Shown here piece by piece: positions 27,275-39,745 of a DNA stretch of 64,000 nucleotides (position 1 is the stretch's first letter; every line of letters begins with the position of its first letter). A model generated the notes under the pieces. The model had not been told where the DNA came from and did not search any database. It saw nothing but the letters and a program-made list of their open reading frames with translations. The stretch is taken from positions 60,326,001 to 60,390,000 of the forward strand of contig OX597817.1 in assembly GCA_951406725.2 (NCBI GenBank). Reading direction: 5' to 3'. This DNA is from Octopus vulgaris (lineage: Eukaryota). Made by a program: the position numbers and the translations under genes.

Positions 27275-27954
27275 AGCTTACAATTTTATTTATATATTTG
27301 CGTGTCTATGTGTGTAAAGAGGAAGTGGGAATGCAGAGTGAAAGAGTGAAATGGTAAAATATTTAGTTTTCTCGAATCTTTTCTAAAATGGGGGTGAAAT
27401 TGAAAGAAATTTTGTATGCCATGACCGAATGGAAGTACTTTGAAAAAATCATAGGTAAACTCTAATTGAAGAAATTGTGTGAGGAGTAAATCGTTATGTA
27501 TTTATTTGTTTCTGTTTGCTGTGTTGTTTTTTTTTGAGTAGTGGTTTAAGGTACACTTCTCTCGTTTTATATAAATACTTTCACTTTAATCGTTGCACAC
27601 TTGCAAAGAGAAAGGAGGAGAAATTAGGGTGATAGCATCTGTGAAGCAGTTCGCTCCGTTTGTGTGTGTGTGCGTGTGTGTGTGCTGTAGCCCACACTAA
27701 GAAAAGCACTTCACTTACACACCACAATGTGAGTTTTCTCGAAATTTTGCTTAATTGGGGTTGAAATTTTAAAAACTGAACCTGGCACGACCCGATGTAT
27801 TCTACTCTTAAAAATGCTAGGTAAATTGTAATTGAAGAAATCCTATATTGTAGATTTCTATAAGAGACAAAGGGAGGCAGATAAAATCTGCCTTTTATAA
27901 TAAGAGATGAAGAGACTATTTCCACAGCGAAAGGTCTTTCCATATTCGAGTGCA

Positions 27955-28515
27955 CACGATCGAGCTTTCCGTCATCTCCAGTCCGACCCGTCCACTTCAC
28001 ACCTCTTCCCTAACCGACCCCTCCCCTCTTTCAAACGAGCCCACAACCTTCGAGACCTTTTGGTCCATAGCTCCTTCCCTGACCCTACCTCCCAACCCGG
28101 CTCGTTCCCCTGCTCCCGCCCACGTTGCCGCACTTGCCCTTACCTCTCCAACACCACCCGCCTCACTAGCACCCACCATCGACCCTATCCCATCATCCAC
28201 TCCTTCACCTGCACCTCCAGCAATATTATCTATTGCGTCTCTTGCTCTCTCTGCAATTCCTTGTACATCGGACAAACGGGACGCCGCTTGGCTGACCGGT
28301 TCGCGGAACACCTTCGTGACATCCACCTTGCGAACGACACACCGGTCTCACGCCATTTCCGCTCCACCGGTCACTCCTTGCAACACCTATCTGTGTTCGG
28401 TTTGTCCTTACACAGAGGCCATCCGGATTCCCGTTTGCGCCGTGAACAGGAATTAATCTTCTCTCTTCGTTCTTATACGCCATTTGGTCTCAACTCTCCC
28501 CCCCTCCTCATCTAA
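27955..28515 (+). pseudogene. Penelope-like element C terminus: Cys-rich linker plus GIY-YIG endonuclease
   Basis: FKRAHNLRDLLV, PCSRPRCRTC, NIIYCVSCSLCNSLYIGQTGRRLADRFAEH, and RRE..PFGLN. The Cys-rich linker suggests the Neptune group. The RT domain is missing. Confidence 0.9.
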
Positions 28516-29371
28516 CCCCCCCTTTCCCCCCTACTGACCTATCCTTCCCCCCCGACCCCTACTTCTCCTGTCCTTCATCCTTTCACCCCTACTCCCCGTC
28601 CCTTCTTCCCTCTTTCTCCCTCCCTCCTTCCCTCTTCCCTCTGCTCCCTCACTCCCCTTCTCTCTCCCCCTCCCCCTCTTTCCTCCTTCCTCCCCTCCTC
28701 CTTCCCTTCCTTCTCCCCCTCCTCTCTCTCCCCCTCCTCTCTCCCCCTCCTCTCCTCTTCCCCCTCTCCTCACCCTCTTCTTCCCCCCTCTTCTCCTCAC
28801 TACACCACACGACTTTACACATCACATCATATATGATGTGCCATACTAATACATACACCAACTAATACATACTAATACGTACTAATACATACTAATACAT
28901 ACTAATACATACACCAACCCTATACATACACACGTCCAGACCCCTCATACGCACTTATACTCTCTCATACACACACACACACACTTATACATACTAATAC
29001 GTACTAATACATACTAATACATACTAATACATACACCAACCCCATACATACGCCTGTCCAGACCTATCCTAGGGTCATTCAACCCTATTATCAACCCTAT
29101 TATCTCCCCTTATTTCGCTCTCGCGTCTCATGTTTGATCTTTGACCTCTGGCCGAAATCAGATCGCCATGTTGATTCGTTAGTTACTGCACGCATTTTTT
29201 TCTCTCCTTCTTTCTGTGTTTTTTTCTCTCTGTGTATCTTTCTGTTGAAGAGCGTAGGCTCGAAACGTTAAAGACTTGTTTTATTTATATTTCCTGAGCG
29301 CCATACTAATACAATTGTTTGTTTGTTTTCCACCTGCCTTCGTCTTTTGTCTATTTTCATAAAGCTTCCCG

Positions 29372-29372
<1 letters not shown>
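28516..29372 (+). mobile_element. Penelope-like 3' UTR and terminal repeat ending in (TA)n
   Basis: Follows the GIY-YIG stop. Contains a polypyrimidine tract, a duplicated block of ATACTAATAC units (about 28870 and 28990), a hammerhead-like motif and a (TA)n tail. Confidence 0.75.
29237..29274 (+). ncRNA. Minimal hammerhead-like motif
   Basis: TCTTT-CTGTTGA-A-GAGC-GTAG-GCTC-GAAA-CGTT-AAAGA. Stems I and II pair, stem III is palindromic, and core position 6 is U instead of A. Confidence 0.7.
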
Positions 29373-29451
<79 letters not shown>

Positions 29452-29932
29452 ACATATACGTACATGCATAACACACACACATATGAGACGAGCTTCTATT
29501 CAGTTTCCATCTATAAAATTCCATTTACAAAATGTAGGTTACAGTAAAAGTCATTTGCAGAAGGTTTTCCACGCTGGGGATAGTGTTTGAACTTGAAGCC
29601 ACCTCACTGGAAAGGGATCTTTTTAACCACACAGCTATAAGTATATTAAATGTATGCTGAAAATTAAATCAGTTTCTCTGGACTATGTGTAAGGTCCTAT
29701 ATCTTTTAGTGGGAATAAAAAACATTAATGTAGAGATGTTGATGCGTTTTAAGAGGGCATTAGCAACATAACTCAAGCAATGTTTGGCACCAACCGAAGA
29801 TTGAAACCGCATTGCTGTTTTCTCATATCACCAGCAGTTTATCTATTTCTCTACAGTTCACATCATACTTACACTTTCAAATGTACTTCTTGCTTATATG
29901 TAAATATCAACACCGGGAGGATGAAAGGCAAA

Positions 29933-29979
29933 GCTCAGCAGATTTGAACTCAGGTAACCTGAGTTCAAATCTGCTGAGC
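29933..29979. repeat. Perfect 23 bp inverted repeat derived from SINE family B
   Basis: GCTCAGCAGATTTGAACTCAGGT-A-ACCTGAGTTCAAATCTGCTGAGC. Confidence 0.93.
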
Positions 29980-29988
29980 GTATATAAA

Positions 29989-30027
<39 letters not shown>

Positions 30028-30043
30028 TTAATAATAATAATAA

Positions 30044-30131
<88 letters not shown>

Positions 30132-30136
<5 letters not shown>

Positions 30137-31162
30137 TACAAACAAGAAATACAAATACAAATACAAACAAGAAATCATACCACCTAACAAATATGAAGAA
30201 GAAGAAGAAGATGAAGAAACAACAAAAGCTATAAAACAAATGAAATCCAAACTAAAACTAGAACAGCAACGGACCATGATAAAACGAAGGCAAGAAAAGC
30301 CCCTTCATGGCAAATACTGGACTAAACTAAATGCAAAAGAAATAGACAAAGACAAATCCCAACAATGGTTGAGAAGCTCAGGACTCAAAGCAGAAACAGA
30401 GAGATTTTTAATTGCAGCACAAGACCAAAGCCTCCCCACCAGAAATTACCAAAAACATGTAATGAAAAGAAATATAACAAGTAACTGCAGAATATGTGGA
30501 GATGGACAAGAAACAATAAATCATATTATCTCTAGCTGCCCAATCCTGGTTAAGAAGGAATATATTCACAGACACGACAGATTTGGGAGCTACATACACT
30601 GGAAGCTATGCCAACATTATAGAATAACAACAGAAAGAAGATGGTATAGGCACACCCCAGAAAAGGTCACGGAAAACGAGAAAGTAACCATACTCTGGGA
30701 TATGCCAATACACACAGATAGAGAAATTAAGGCCAACAGACCAGATATAGTTGTTAGAGATCATGAAGAAAAAAAATGCTTTCTAATTGATGTATCAATA
30801 CCAGCAGATGACAACGTGTCTCTAAAAGAAATGAAGAAACTTTCAAAATACAAACACCTGGAAATGAAGGTAACTTGAATGTGGAATCTAAAAACAGAAA
30901 CAATTCCTATCATAGTAGGTGCGTTAGGCATGATAAAAAAAATATTCAGATAAATACATAACAAAAACACCAGGACTTACAACCACGTATAACATACAGA
31001 AAATAGCACTACTGGGCACTGCACACACCCTACGCAAAACACTTTCAATACAGTAACCATCAGAGCATCACAACAAAACACAGCACATACCCAAGGCACA
31101 CAGAGCTGCGCTCGGTAGTAAAGTGAAATCACGCTATAAAAATAGCGTGATATAAAAAACTA

Positions 31163-31166
<4 letters not shown>
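30132..31166 (+). mobile_element. 5'-truncated Dong/R4-clade LINE inside (TAA)n
   Basis: KPLHGKY, AAQDQSL, CRICG..ETINHIISSC (CCHC), RHD, NRPDIVV..LIDVSIP (restriction-like endonuclease). A premature TGA at 30876 is followed by IPIIVGALG..QKIALLGTAHTLRK to TAA at 31056. (TAA)n flanks both sides. Confidence 0.93.
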
Positions 31167-31219
<53 letters not shown>

Positions 31220-31441
31220 CCTTTTTATTATAGACACAGGGCCTCAAAATCTTTTGGGGGTTGGGGTAGGATAGTCGATCACATCGACCTCAGTGCATGA
31301 CTGGTACTTATTTTATCAGCCCTGAAAGGATGAAAGGCAAGGTCAACCTCAATGGAATTTGAACTCTGATGGCAAAAAAAAAAAAAAAATCACAGCCAAG
31401 CATTTTATCCGACGCGTTAACGATTCTGCCAGCGCCCCGCC
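31220..31441 (-). mobile_element. SINE family B
   Basis: Diverged reverse copy of 6085-6317 with an alternative tail. Confidence 0.8.
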
Positions 31442-31474
31442 TAAAGAACAACAACAAATAATAATAATAACAAC

Positions 31475-31514
<40 letters not shown>

Positions 31515-32263
31515 GCCATAGGAACATCCTCAGCCCCTATCCCCTGCATCTTCCTGTGTATCCTCTTCCAACACACCTCACTCCCACCAACCCACATAAC
31601 AAGAAACAAAACATCCCCCAATCCCCCCCGTCTTTATCGCCGCCGCCACCACCACCACCATACCACCACAACCACCACCACATCCACCACCACCTCCACC
31701 ACCACCTCCACTACCACCTCAGATTATTCACAACCCCACCCCACCCTCACCATCAAAAGACTGATTCTCCCTTTTCTCCTCAACATATCTTTGGTTGGCA
31801 TTTATTATCTTGATCATATTCTATTCCAAGAGATTACAAACATTCCCCTCCATGTTTTGAGTAGAAGAAACCGTCCTAGCAGCAGCAGCAGCAGTGGTAG
31901 TCATTGTATGAGTGTTGTTGTTGCTGTTGTGTAGTCCGTTGCTCAACCCTACATGACCACCACCAGGTACGACTCACTGGCCAACGTTAGAAATAGCAAC
32001 TTCCAAAATCTGCCCTAACGTCACACTCTATGATGATGTTGTTGTTGATGATGATGATGATGATGATGATGATGACGATGTTGATGATATTGATGATGAT
32101 GATGATGATGACGACGACGACGACGATGATGATGATGATGATGATGACGACGACGACGACGATGATGATGATGATGATGATGATGACGATGATGATGATG
32201 ACAACTGTACTGATTCCTTTTTTCACTTGTTACACTTATTAACATTGCTGTGGCTGTTAATGG

Positions 32264-32302
<39 letters not shown>

Positions 32303-33033
32303 CCGTGAAGATGATGATGATGGTAATTGTGACGACGACGATGATGGTGGTGGTGGTGGTGGTGGTGATTAAGATTGTTGTTGTGTCTCTTGTAGCCTTT
32401 ATTGTTGTATTTTGGTGAAATTGTTGTTGTTGCCGTTTCTGCTCTCGTTAATATGATTGTTGTTGCAGCTGTCTTCCCTGTCGTAAACACTTCGCTGTTA
32501 TAATTGCAAATCTTATTATCTCTTTTCCAATTTTCCTCTATTTTCCCCACCTGGGATTAAAACACTTCCATATTAAATTTCACATAGTTATAACCATATT
32601 AAAAATATTTTTCGCTCCTTCTACTTATTTTTATGTCTCAAACAATTCATTAAATCATTTTGGTTATATGAATGTTTTCTTTGAGATTTATTCAAGTTCT
32701 TAATCGAATCCAAACTGGTTGCTAACAAAATGACAAGACATTTTCAGACAAAGCAGTTCCCAGGGTTTGCAAATATGTCATTGAGTTGGTGCGCGCCTGT
32801 GTGCATATATACAAGGGTATGCAGGCGCACTTTTATTCTGTGTGGTATTTTAGCGACCAGTTTGTCCTCCCATGCACACAGCGCTCCACCACTTCAATTT
32901 TTTTTCCTCCCACCAAAATACCAGGCTTCATATACGCTTCTCCAACTGGTGGAGTGTACGTGACTTTGGTTTTTTTTTTTAATGGTAATATTTAGACCAA
33001 ACACAGCATATGCAATGGAGAAGGTGTCCTATA

Positions 33034-33264
33034 TCTATTTCTTTACTACCCACAAGGGGCTAAACACAGAGGGGACAAACAAGGACAGGCAAACGGATTA
33101 AGTCGATTACATCGACCCCAGTGCGTAACTGGTACTTAATTTATCGACCCCGGAAGGATGAAAGGCAAAGTTGACCTCGGCGGAATTTGAACCCAGAACG
33201 TAACGGCAGACGAAATACGGCTACGCATTTCGACCGGCGTGCTAACGTTTCTGCCAGCTCGCCA
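33034..33264 (-). mobile_element. SINE family B, full length
   Basis: Near-identical reverse copy of 6085-6317. Confidence 0.88.
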
Positions 33265-33269
33265 CTTTC

Positions 33270-33435
33270 ATTTGTACGAACTGCAAAATCCACATCGTGA
33301 GTATAAGGGAACTCTTTGACAAGAGTGCTAAATGCAATGGTTGCAAAAAGCGAGCAAGAATTGACTTACAGTGTATGCGGACGAATTCTCCTTTCGTTGG
33401 CTGAGTTTGTCAATCATTTAAAGACACATGAAGCA
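33270..33435 (+). pseudogene. Possible LINE (RTE-type) C-terminal C2H2-like remnant
   Basis: YSVCGRILLSLAEFVNHLKTHE resembles the terminal CxxCGR..S..GL..H...H motif. The first Cys is lost. Confidence 0.35.
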
Positions 33436-33735
33436 GGGAGAAAGAAAACTGCTTGTGAGATGATCCAACAATGGCACCGATTACAGTACATTCGTACTGA
33501 GAAGAAAAGTAAATGTCACATCAACGAATGTTGCTGCCGAATGTTCAATAAATAGATGGCCCGTTTCTGACAAGAAGTAGCAACCGACATATACGTTTAT
33601 GTATGTATGTATGTATGTATGTATGTATGTATGTATGTATGTATGTATGTATGTATGTATGTATGTATGTATGTATGTATGTACATATATATTTGTTGTG
33701 CAAGATTTTTTATGTGAAGTCGTGTGTTGAAACAG

Positions 33736-33861
33736 ATATTGTTGTATTTCGGAATGGTCATTTTGCCAGTTTAGCCAATAAAAACACACGCACTATATAT
33801 ATAGTGCGTGTGATTTTATTGGCTAAACTGGTAAAATGACTATTCCGAAATACAACAATAT
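33736..33861. repeat. Near-perfect 126 bp palindrome centred on (TA)n
   Basis: ATATTGTTGTATTTCGGAATGGTCATTTT..CACACGCAC, central TATATATATA, then GTGCGTGTG..CCGAAATACAACAATAT. Confidence 0.92.
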
Positions 33862-33875
33862 ATATATATATATAT

Positions 33876-34022
33876 AGGGAGAGTTTACGAAAAAACAAAA
33901 GACGAAGACAGGTGGAGTACAAACAAACAAATGTATTAGTATAGCGCTCAGGAATAGAAAAAGTCTTTTACGTTTCGAGCCTACGCTCTTCTACAGAAAG
34001 ATACACAGAAAACAAGGAGAGA
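33876..34022 (-). mobile_element. Solo Penelope-like terminal repeat with hammerhead-like motif (33964-34001)
   Basis: Reverse copy of about 29205-29372: TCTTT-CTGTAGA-A-GAGCGTAGGCTC-GAAA-CGTA-AAAGA, with a (TA)n tail. Confidence 0.8.
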
Positions 34023-34359
34023 TCATATATATGATCATTATCATCATCAACGTCGTCGTCGTCGCCGTCGTTTAACGTCCTCCTTTCATGCTGGCACTCG
34101 CACAGGCGAGATCAGTTTTGGCGTGGTTTTTACAGCTGGACGTCCTTCCAAATGCCAACCGCTTTACAGTGTGCACTGAGTGCTTTTTAAGTGGCACCTG
34201 CACAGGCGGGGGTCACCAAGTGACTTTGCAAAACCACTAGTCTTAGAGTAGAGGGGAGGGGCATTGGAGGAGGACCATGGTTACCCAGTCAGAGAGAGAG
34301 AGAGAGGAAGAGAAAGAGAATGATATTTAACAAGAATGAGGGAAGAAGACGAGGGGTGT

Positions 34360-34563
34360 ATATGTGACCTCGTGTGTACCGTTGGCGATTTTTTTCCCTC
34401 TGTCTTCCCTTCTCTGGATCTTTCCTTCTCCTATGTTTCCGACGAAGAGCTCCGCTCTAAATGTTAAACCCTCCTTCTTTCCATCTTTCCTGAGCGTCCA
34501 ATAATACTATATTTGTTCCACGTCTTCGCGTTGTTGTGTTTTTTTGTGCTTTCTTGTTTGGAT

Positions 34564-34567
<4 letters not shown>
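34360..34567 (+). mobile_element. Related solo terminal repeat with degraded hammerhead motif (34435-34469)
   Basis: GTTT-CCGACGA-A-GAGC-TCC-GCTC-TAAA-TGTT-AAAC. Shares TTTCCTGAGCG..TAATAC..TTCCAC with 29290-29333. (TA)n tail. Confidence 0.7.
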
Positions 34568-34651
<84 letters not shown>

Positions 34652-34879
34652 CATATATATATATATATAATTTATTTTATATATATATATATATTTATAT
34701 ATACATACATATATATATAATATATTTTATATATATATTTGTGCGCATATATATGTATCCATGTATATCTACATATACATATGCACGTATATACATATAT
34801 ACGTATATATATAATATAAAATATATTTTATATGTATGTATAATATTTATATATGTTTATGTATATGCATTGTTTATGA

Positions 34880-34919
<40 letters not shown>

Positions 34920-34955
34920 TAAGTGAGTACCCAAAATTATGTGTGTGTGTATGTG

Positions 34956-35000
<45 letters not shown>

Positions 35001-35240
35001 ATCAGTTTGTGTGTGTGTGTGTGTGTGTACAAACAAACACACACTGACACAAACACAAACATACATATAAATATACGTGTATGCATATATACATTTGTAC
35101 AGGTATTAATATGAAATTCTGTTTGAAGATTCTAATTTGTAACCGTTTGATGTTTCCGATTTTGCAATAAGATTCGGAGAATGAGTCTGGCAAAAGAACT
35201 GCGAGATCAAACTTGTCACATTACCATTGCAAACAAGCTC

Positions 35241-35348
<108 letters not shown>

Positions 35349-35438
35349 GTCTGTCTGTCTGTCTTTCTGTCTGTCCGTTTGTCTGCCTATCAACACGCAT
35401 ATGTACATATACGTGTATAATATTGGTAAAAGAGTAGG

Positions 35439-35486
<48 letters not shown>

Positions 35487-35727
35487 GGAAGGCACTGGGT
35501 ACCTAATCAGTATGTATTTGAGTGTGTGCATGTATACATACATACATACATACATATATATCTATGCACAGTGAAGTTTTACTATAGCGTCGTATATTAT
35601 CGTCTGCTATTTCCAGTAAATATTGGTGCATTGTTGGACCACTATCCAATATTTATACTTTAACCTGATGGTGCTTTGTTTTACTGGGAAGCAATACTAC
35701 TGTATTGCACTATTTAATAATTTTTTC

Positions 35728-35778
<51 letters not shown>

Positions 35779-35794
35779 GTTATATATATATATA

Positions 35795-35876
<82 letters not shown>

Positions 35877-35988
35877 AAATAAGTCAAGATAGAAAATGCT
35901 AAAATAATTTTATAAAGAACATTTCAGTACCGGTTTCGGTCATTTTGAGAATATATATATATTTTGAGAATATATATATATTTTTTGA

Positions 35989-36152
<164 letters not shown>

Positions 36153-36958
36153 TATATATATGTATGTATACATGCACACACACAAATACATATGTATATG
36201 TACATACTGGTTAGGTATCCCGTGCCTTCCTAATCTCTCTCTCTCCTTCCTACTTTTTTACCAATATTATATTACTAGCCACATGTTCCAACTTGTTCCT
36301 ACATGTTCTTACAAGTTCCAATATTTTTGAATACAGACTGTATTGATGCCAGAGTTGATAAAGCGATCAACAATCTGCCAAAATAGCAGTTTTTTTGCCT
36401 GTCTGTCTGTCTGACTGGATCCTTTTTTTTGTTTCTGCCTTCCTTCCTTTCACTCATTCAATAAATTCTTCACTTTCTCATCCATCTGCCTGTTCTCTCG
36501 TTCGTTTATTCATTCATTCACTCGTTCTTTCATTCTGTCTTATTTTCCATTTCTTTTTCTTCATTCATTCTTTCATTCATTCACTTTTTCTTTCTTTCTA
36601 ACTTCAGTGCAGTTATTCACCTAGTTTCATAGTTTTCTTTCTATTTTCTCTTTTCCTTCCTTCCTTCCTCCCTCCCTTCCTTCCTTCCTTCCTTCCTTCC
36701 TTCCTTCCTTCCTTCCTTCCTTCCTTCCTTCCTTCACTCTCAAAAATACATTTCCAGCCAGTTTTTCTCTTTCTCTTTATCTCATTCTGTTTTCTCTTCT
36801 CTTTCATTCCTTCCTACTGCTTTCTTTCTTTCCTAAATTTCTTTCTTTCATTACCCTCTTTCCCTCTTTCCGTCTTACTCTTTATTCTTTTCTGTTTTCC
36901 CTTTTCTTTCTCAGAGATATTTTTACAACAATCTCCTGATAACAACGCTGTGTGTATG

Positions 36959-37003
<45 letters not shown>

Positions 37004-37912
37004 GTATATATGCGTGTAAGTACGTATGTATGTAAGCATGCCTGTTTGTATGTAAGTGTGTATGTACGTATGTATATATATGTGTATGGATGCATGTGTG
37101 TATATATGTGTGTATTTATATATGTATGTATGTACGTACATATATAAGTATATACGTGTGTGTACGTATGATATATGACCCCTTCCTCCACACTTTCCCT
37201 ACCTTCTCACTTCTAATTTTTTTTGGTTTGTTTTCACAGAGGCCAAAGACTCCATGGAAATACCAAAATCTGTTATCCTTTCTCCCAAGAATGGCGCTTA
37301 TCTTTCGTTTTCTTATTCATTTACCAATTCCTTTATTTATTTTGCAGGCAAAAGACAAAAGCGCTCAAGAATTGTTTCTAAACAAACAGCGAAACGAAGA
37401 ATTTATGAATGTTTTCGTCTAAAATTTACATAAGATTATTTACATAAATTTACATACAAGTTTGTTTGATCGTTTCAGGAGATAAATAACTATTTCTAAC
37501 AAAGGTAGAAGCCCTGCCCCCGCCCCTCAAATTTTAAAATAACAGTGGGGAATAGTAGATTAAATTAATATAAAAACATGGTGGGTAATTATTTTATCAA
37601 ATCCATCTCAAGAAGATGAAACGCAGAAATGCCATCTTGACAGAGGTGGAATTTGAACTTAGAAGCCGACCAATCCCGGTTACTGTGCTTTCGGAACAGA
37701 CTTCTTCATTACTAATTTGGTTGGTTGGTTATCTATCTATTATGGATATTTATTTATATATATGTATAAATAATTTTATTCTATATATATAATTTATGCG
37801 TGTATGTATGCATACATACACCTATACGTACGCGTACATACATATGTACAGTGTGTATGTGTGCGTGTGCGTGAGCATGCATTCACGCATGTATATATAC
37901 ATATGTATGTAC

Positions 37913-37959
<47 letters not shown>

Positions 37960-38022
37960 ATACATACATTATATAAGTCAGTAAGTGGTGGGGTTGTGTT
38001 AACCACACGTGGAGAAATGATA

Positions 38023-38269
38023 GGAAAGGAAAAAATAATAATAATAATAAGGCAGAATGCTAAACTGAAGGCAAATTTTAATATGAATGGGTGTAAGAAA
38101 AGGATTTCAAACCAGCTTTCATTGCATGTCAAATTTTCTTATCTTGAAAATTTGCCATGCAATCAAAAAAGCCGGTTTGAAATCCTTTTTAATCTTTCTT
38201 ACACCCATTCATATTAAAATTTGCTTTCAGTTTAGCATTCTGTTTTATTATTATTATTTTTTCCTTTCC
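38023..38269. mobile_element. Fold-back MITE-like element
   Basis: About 120 bp inverted arms, GGAAAGGAAAAAATAATAAT..GTCAAATTTTC and GAAAATTTGCC..TTTTTTCCTTTCC, around the 7 nt spacer TTATCTT. TA lies on the left flank. Confidence 0.8.
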
Positions 38270-38312
<43 letters not shown>

Positions 38313-38315
<3 letters not shown>

Positions 38316-38381
38316 TATAGCCTCGGGCCAACCAAAGCCATGTGAATGGATTTGGTAGATAGAAACTGAAAGAAGCCCGTC

Positions 38382-38459
<78 letters not shown>

Positions 38460-38675
38460 GTGTGTGTGTGTTTGTGTCTGTGTTTGGCCCCTACCTACCA
38501 TCGCCTGACAACTGATGTTGATGTGTTTTTGTCCTCATAAGTTAGCGGTTCGGCACAAGAGAACGATAGAATAAGTACTAGGCGTACAGAGAATAAGTCC
38601 TAGGGGCGATTCGACTAATGATGATGCTCCAGCATGGCCGCAGTCAAATGACTGAAACAAGTAAAAGAATAAAAG
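38313..38675 (+). mobile_element. SINE family C, 5'-truncated, with internal (TA)n
   Basis: Same body, microsatellite and tail order as 48769-49163. Confidence 0.82.
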
Positions 38676-38678
38676 GAG

Positions 38679-38724
<46 letters not shown>

Positions 38725-39186
38725 ATGTGTGTGTGTGTATGTGTATATATATGTGTGTGTGTGTGTGTGTATGTATATATGTATGAGTGTGTGTATATAT
38801 AGTAAACGATCTGTTCATTAATATTTTGCGTTTGCGTTTAATCGCGGCAGTTAGGGTCGTTCTGGAACAGTTAGGCGGGTACGTTCCTATACACCCAGAG
38901 ACAACAGGGACCGCTTGGTAAATTAGCAACATATGCGGGTTTCAAATTATCATTTTTAGATATGTGTTTCTCTTGAACAAGAGAATAAGTAACGACATCA
39001 AAAAGCGGCCTCAATTAAAGGCATTCGTGTAAACAACACCCGACAGCCACATCAACGAATGTATGCAGCGCGCTGGTTTCGCGATGATAACGATGACGCT
39101 TCGGCCATTGACGGATAAACTTGGTGTTGAATATGGTGGCGAATTTAAGGCTTGAAGGTCTTGCTTACTTCGTTTAGATTGGGGTG

Positions 39187-39259
39187 AGAGAGAGAGAGAG
39201 AGGAGGGGAGAGAGAGAGGGAAGGAACGAGAGAGAAATATATAGAGTGTGTGTGAAAGA

Positions 39260-39304
<45 letters not shown>

Positions 39305-39670
39305 TAAGAGACAGGGATAGAGGGATAGAGTAAGAGAAGGGAGAGATCAAGGAAGGGAATGAGAGAAGAAAGAGAGAGGGAGAGAGTGATAGAGCGAGAG
39401 AAGGAAAGAGATCAAGCAAGACAGAGTGAGAGAGAGAGAGAGAGAAAGAAAGGCAGAGAGAGAGAGAGAAAAAGAGGGAGAGGGAGAAAGAAAGAGAGAA
39501 AGAGAAAGAGAGAGAGAACGAGTGAGAGAGTGAAAGAGAGAGAGAGAGAGAAGAGAAATGGATAGAGGGATAGAGTAAGACAAATGAGAAATCAAGGAAG
39601 GGAATGAGAGAAGTGAGGGAGAGAGAGAAAGAGAGAGAAATGGAGAGGGAGAAAAAGAGACAGAGAAAAG

Positions 39671-39710
<40 letters not shown>

Positions 39711-39745
39711 TCAAGCGAGTGAATGAGCGAGAGAAAAGAGAGAGA
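39187..39745. repeat. GA-rich polypurine tract with about 245 bp internal duplication
   Basis: GATAGAGGGATAGAGTAAGA..ATCAAGGAAGGGAATGAGAGAAG recurs at about 39316 and 39561. Confidence 0.85.

Noticed and set aside
27907-27954. ATG start of the 202 aa GIY-YIG ORF
   Set aside because: The ATG overlaps the apparent Helitron 5' junction. Endonuclease-linked homology starts later, so this is a truncated retroelement rather than a stand-alone nuclease gene.
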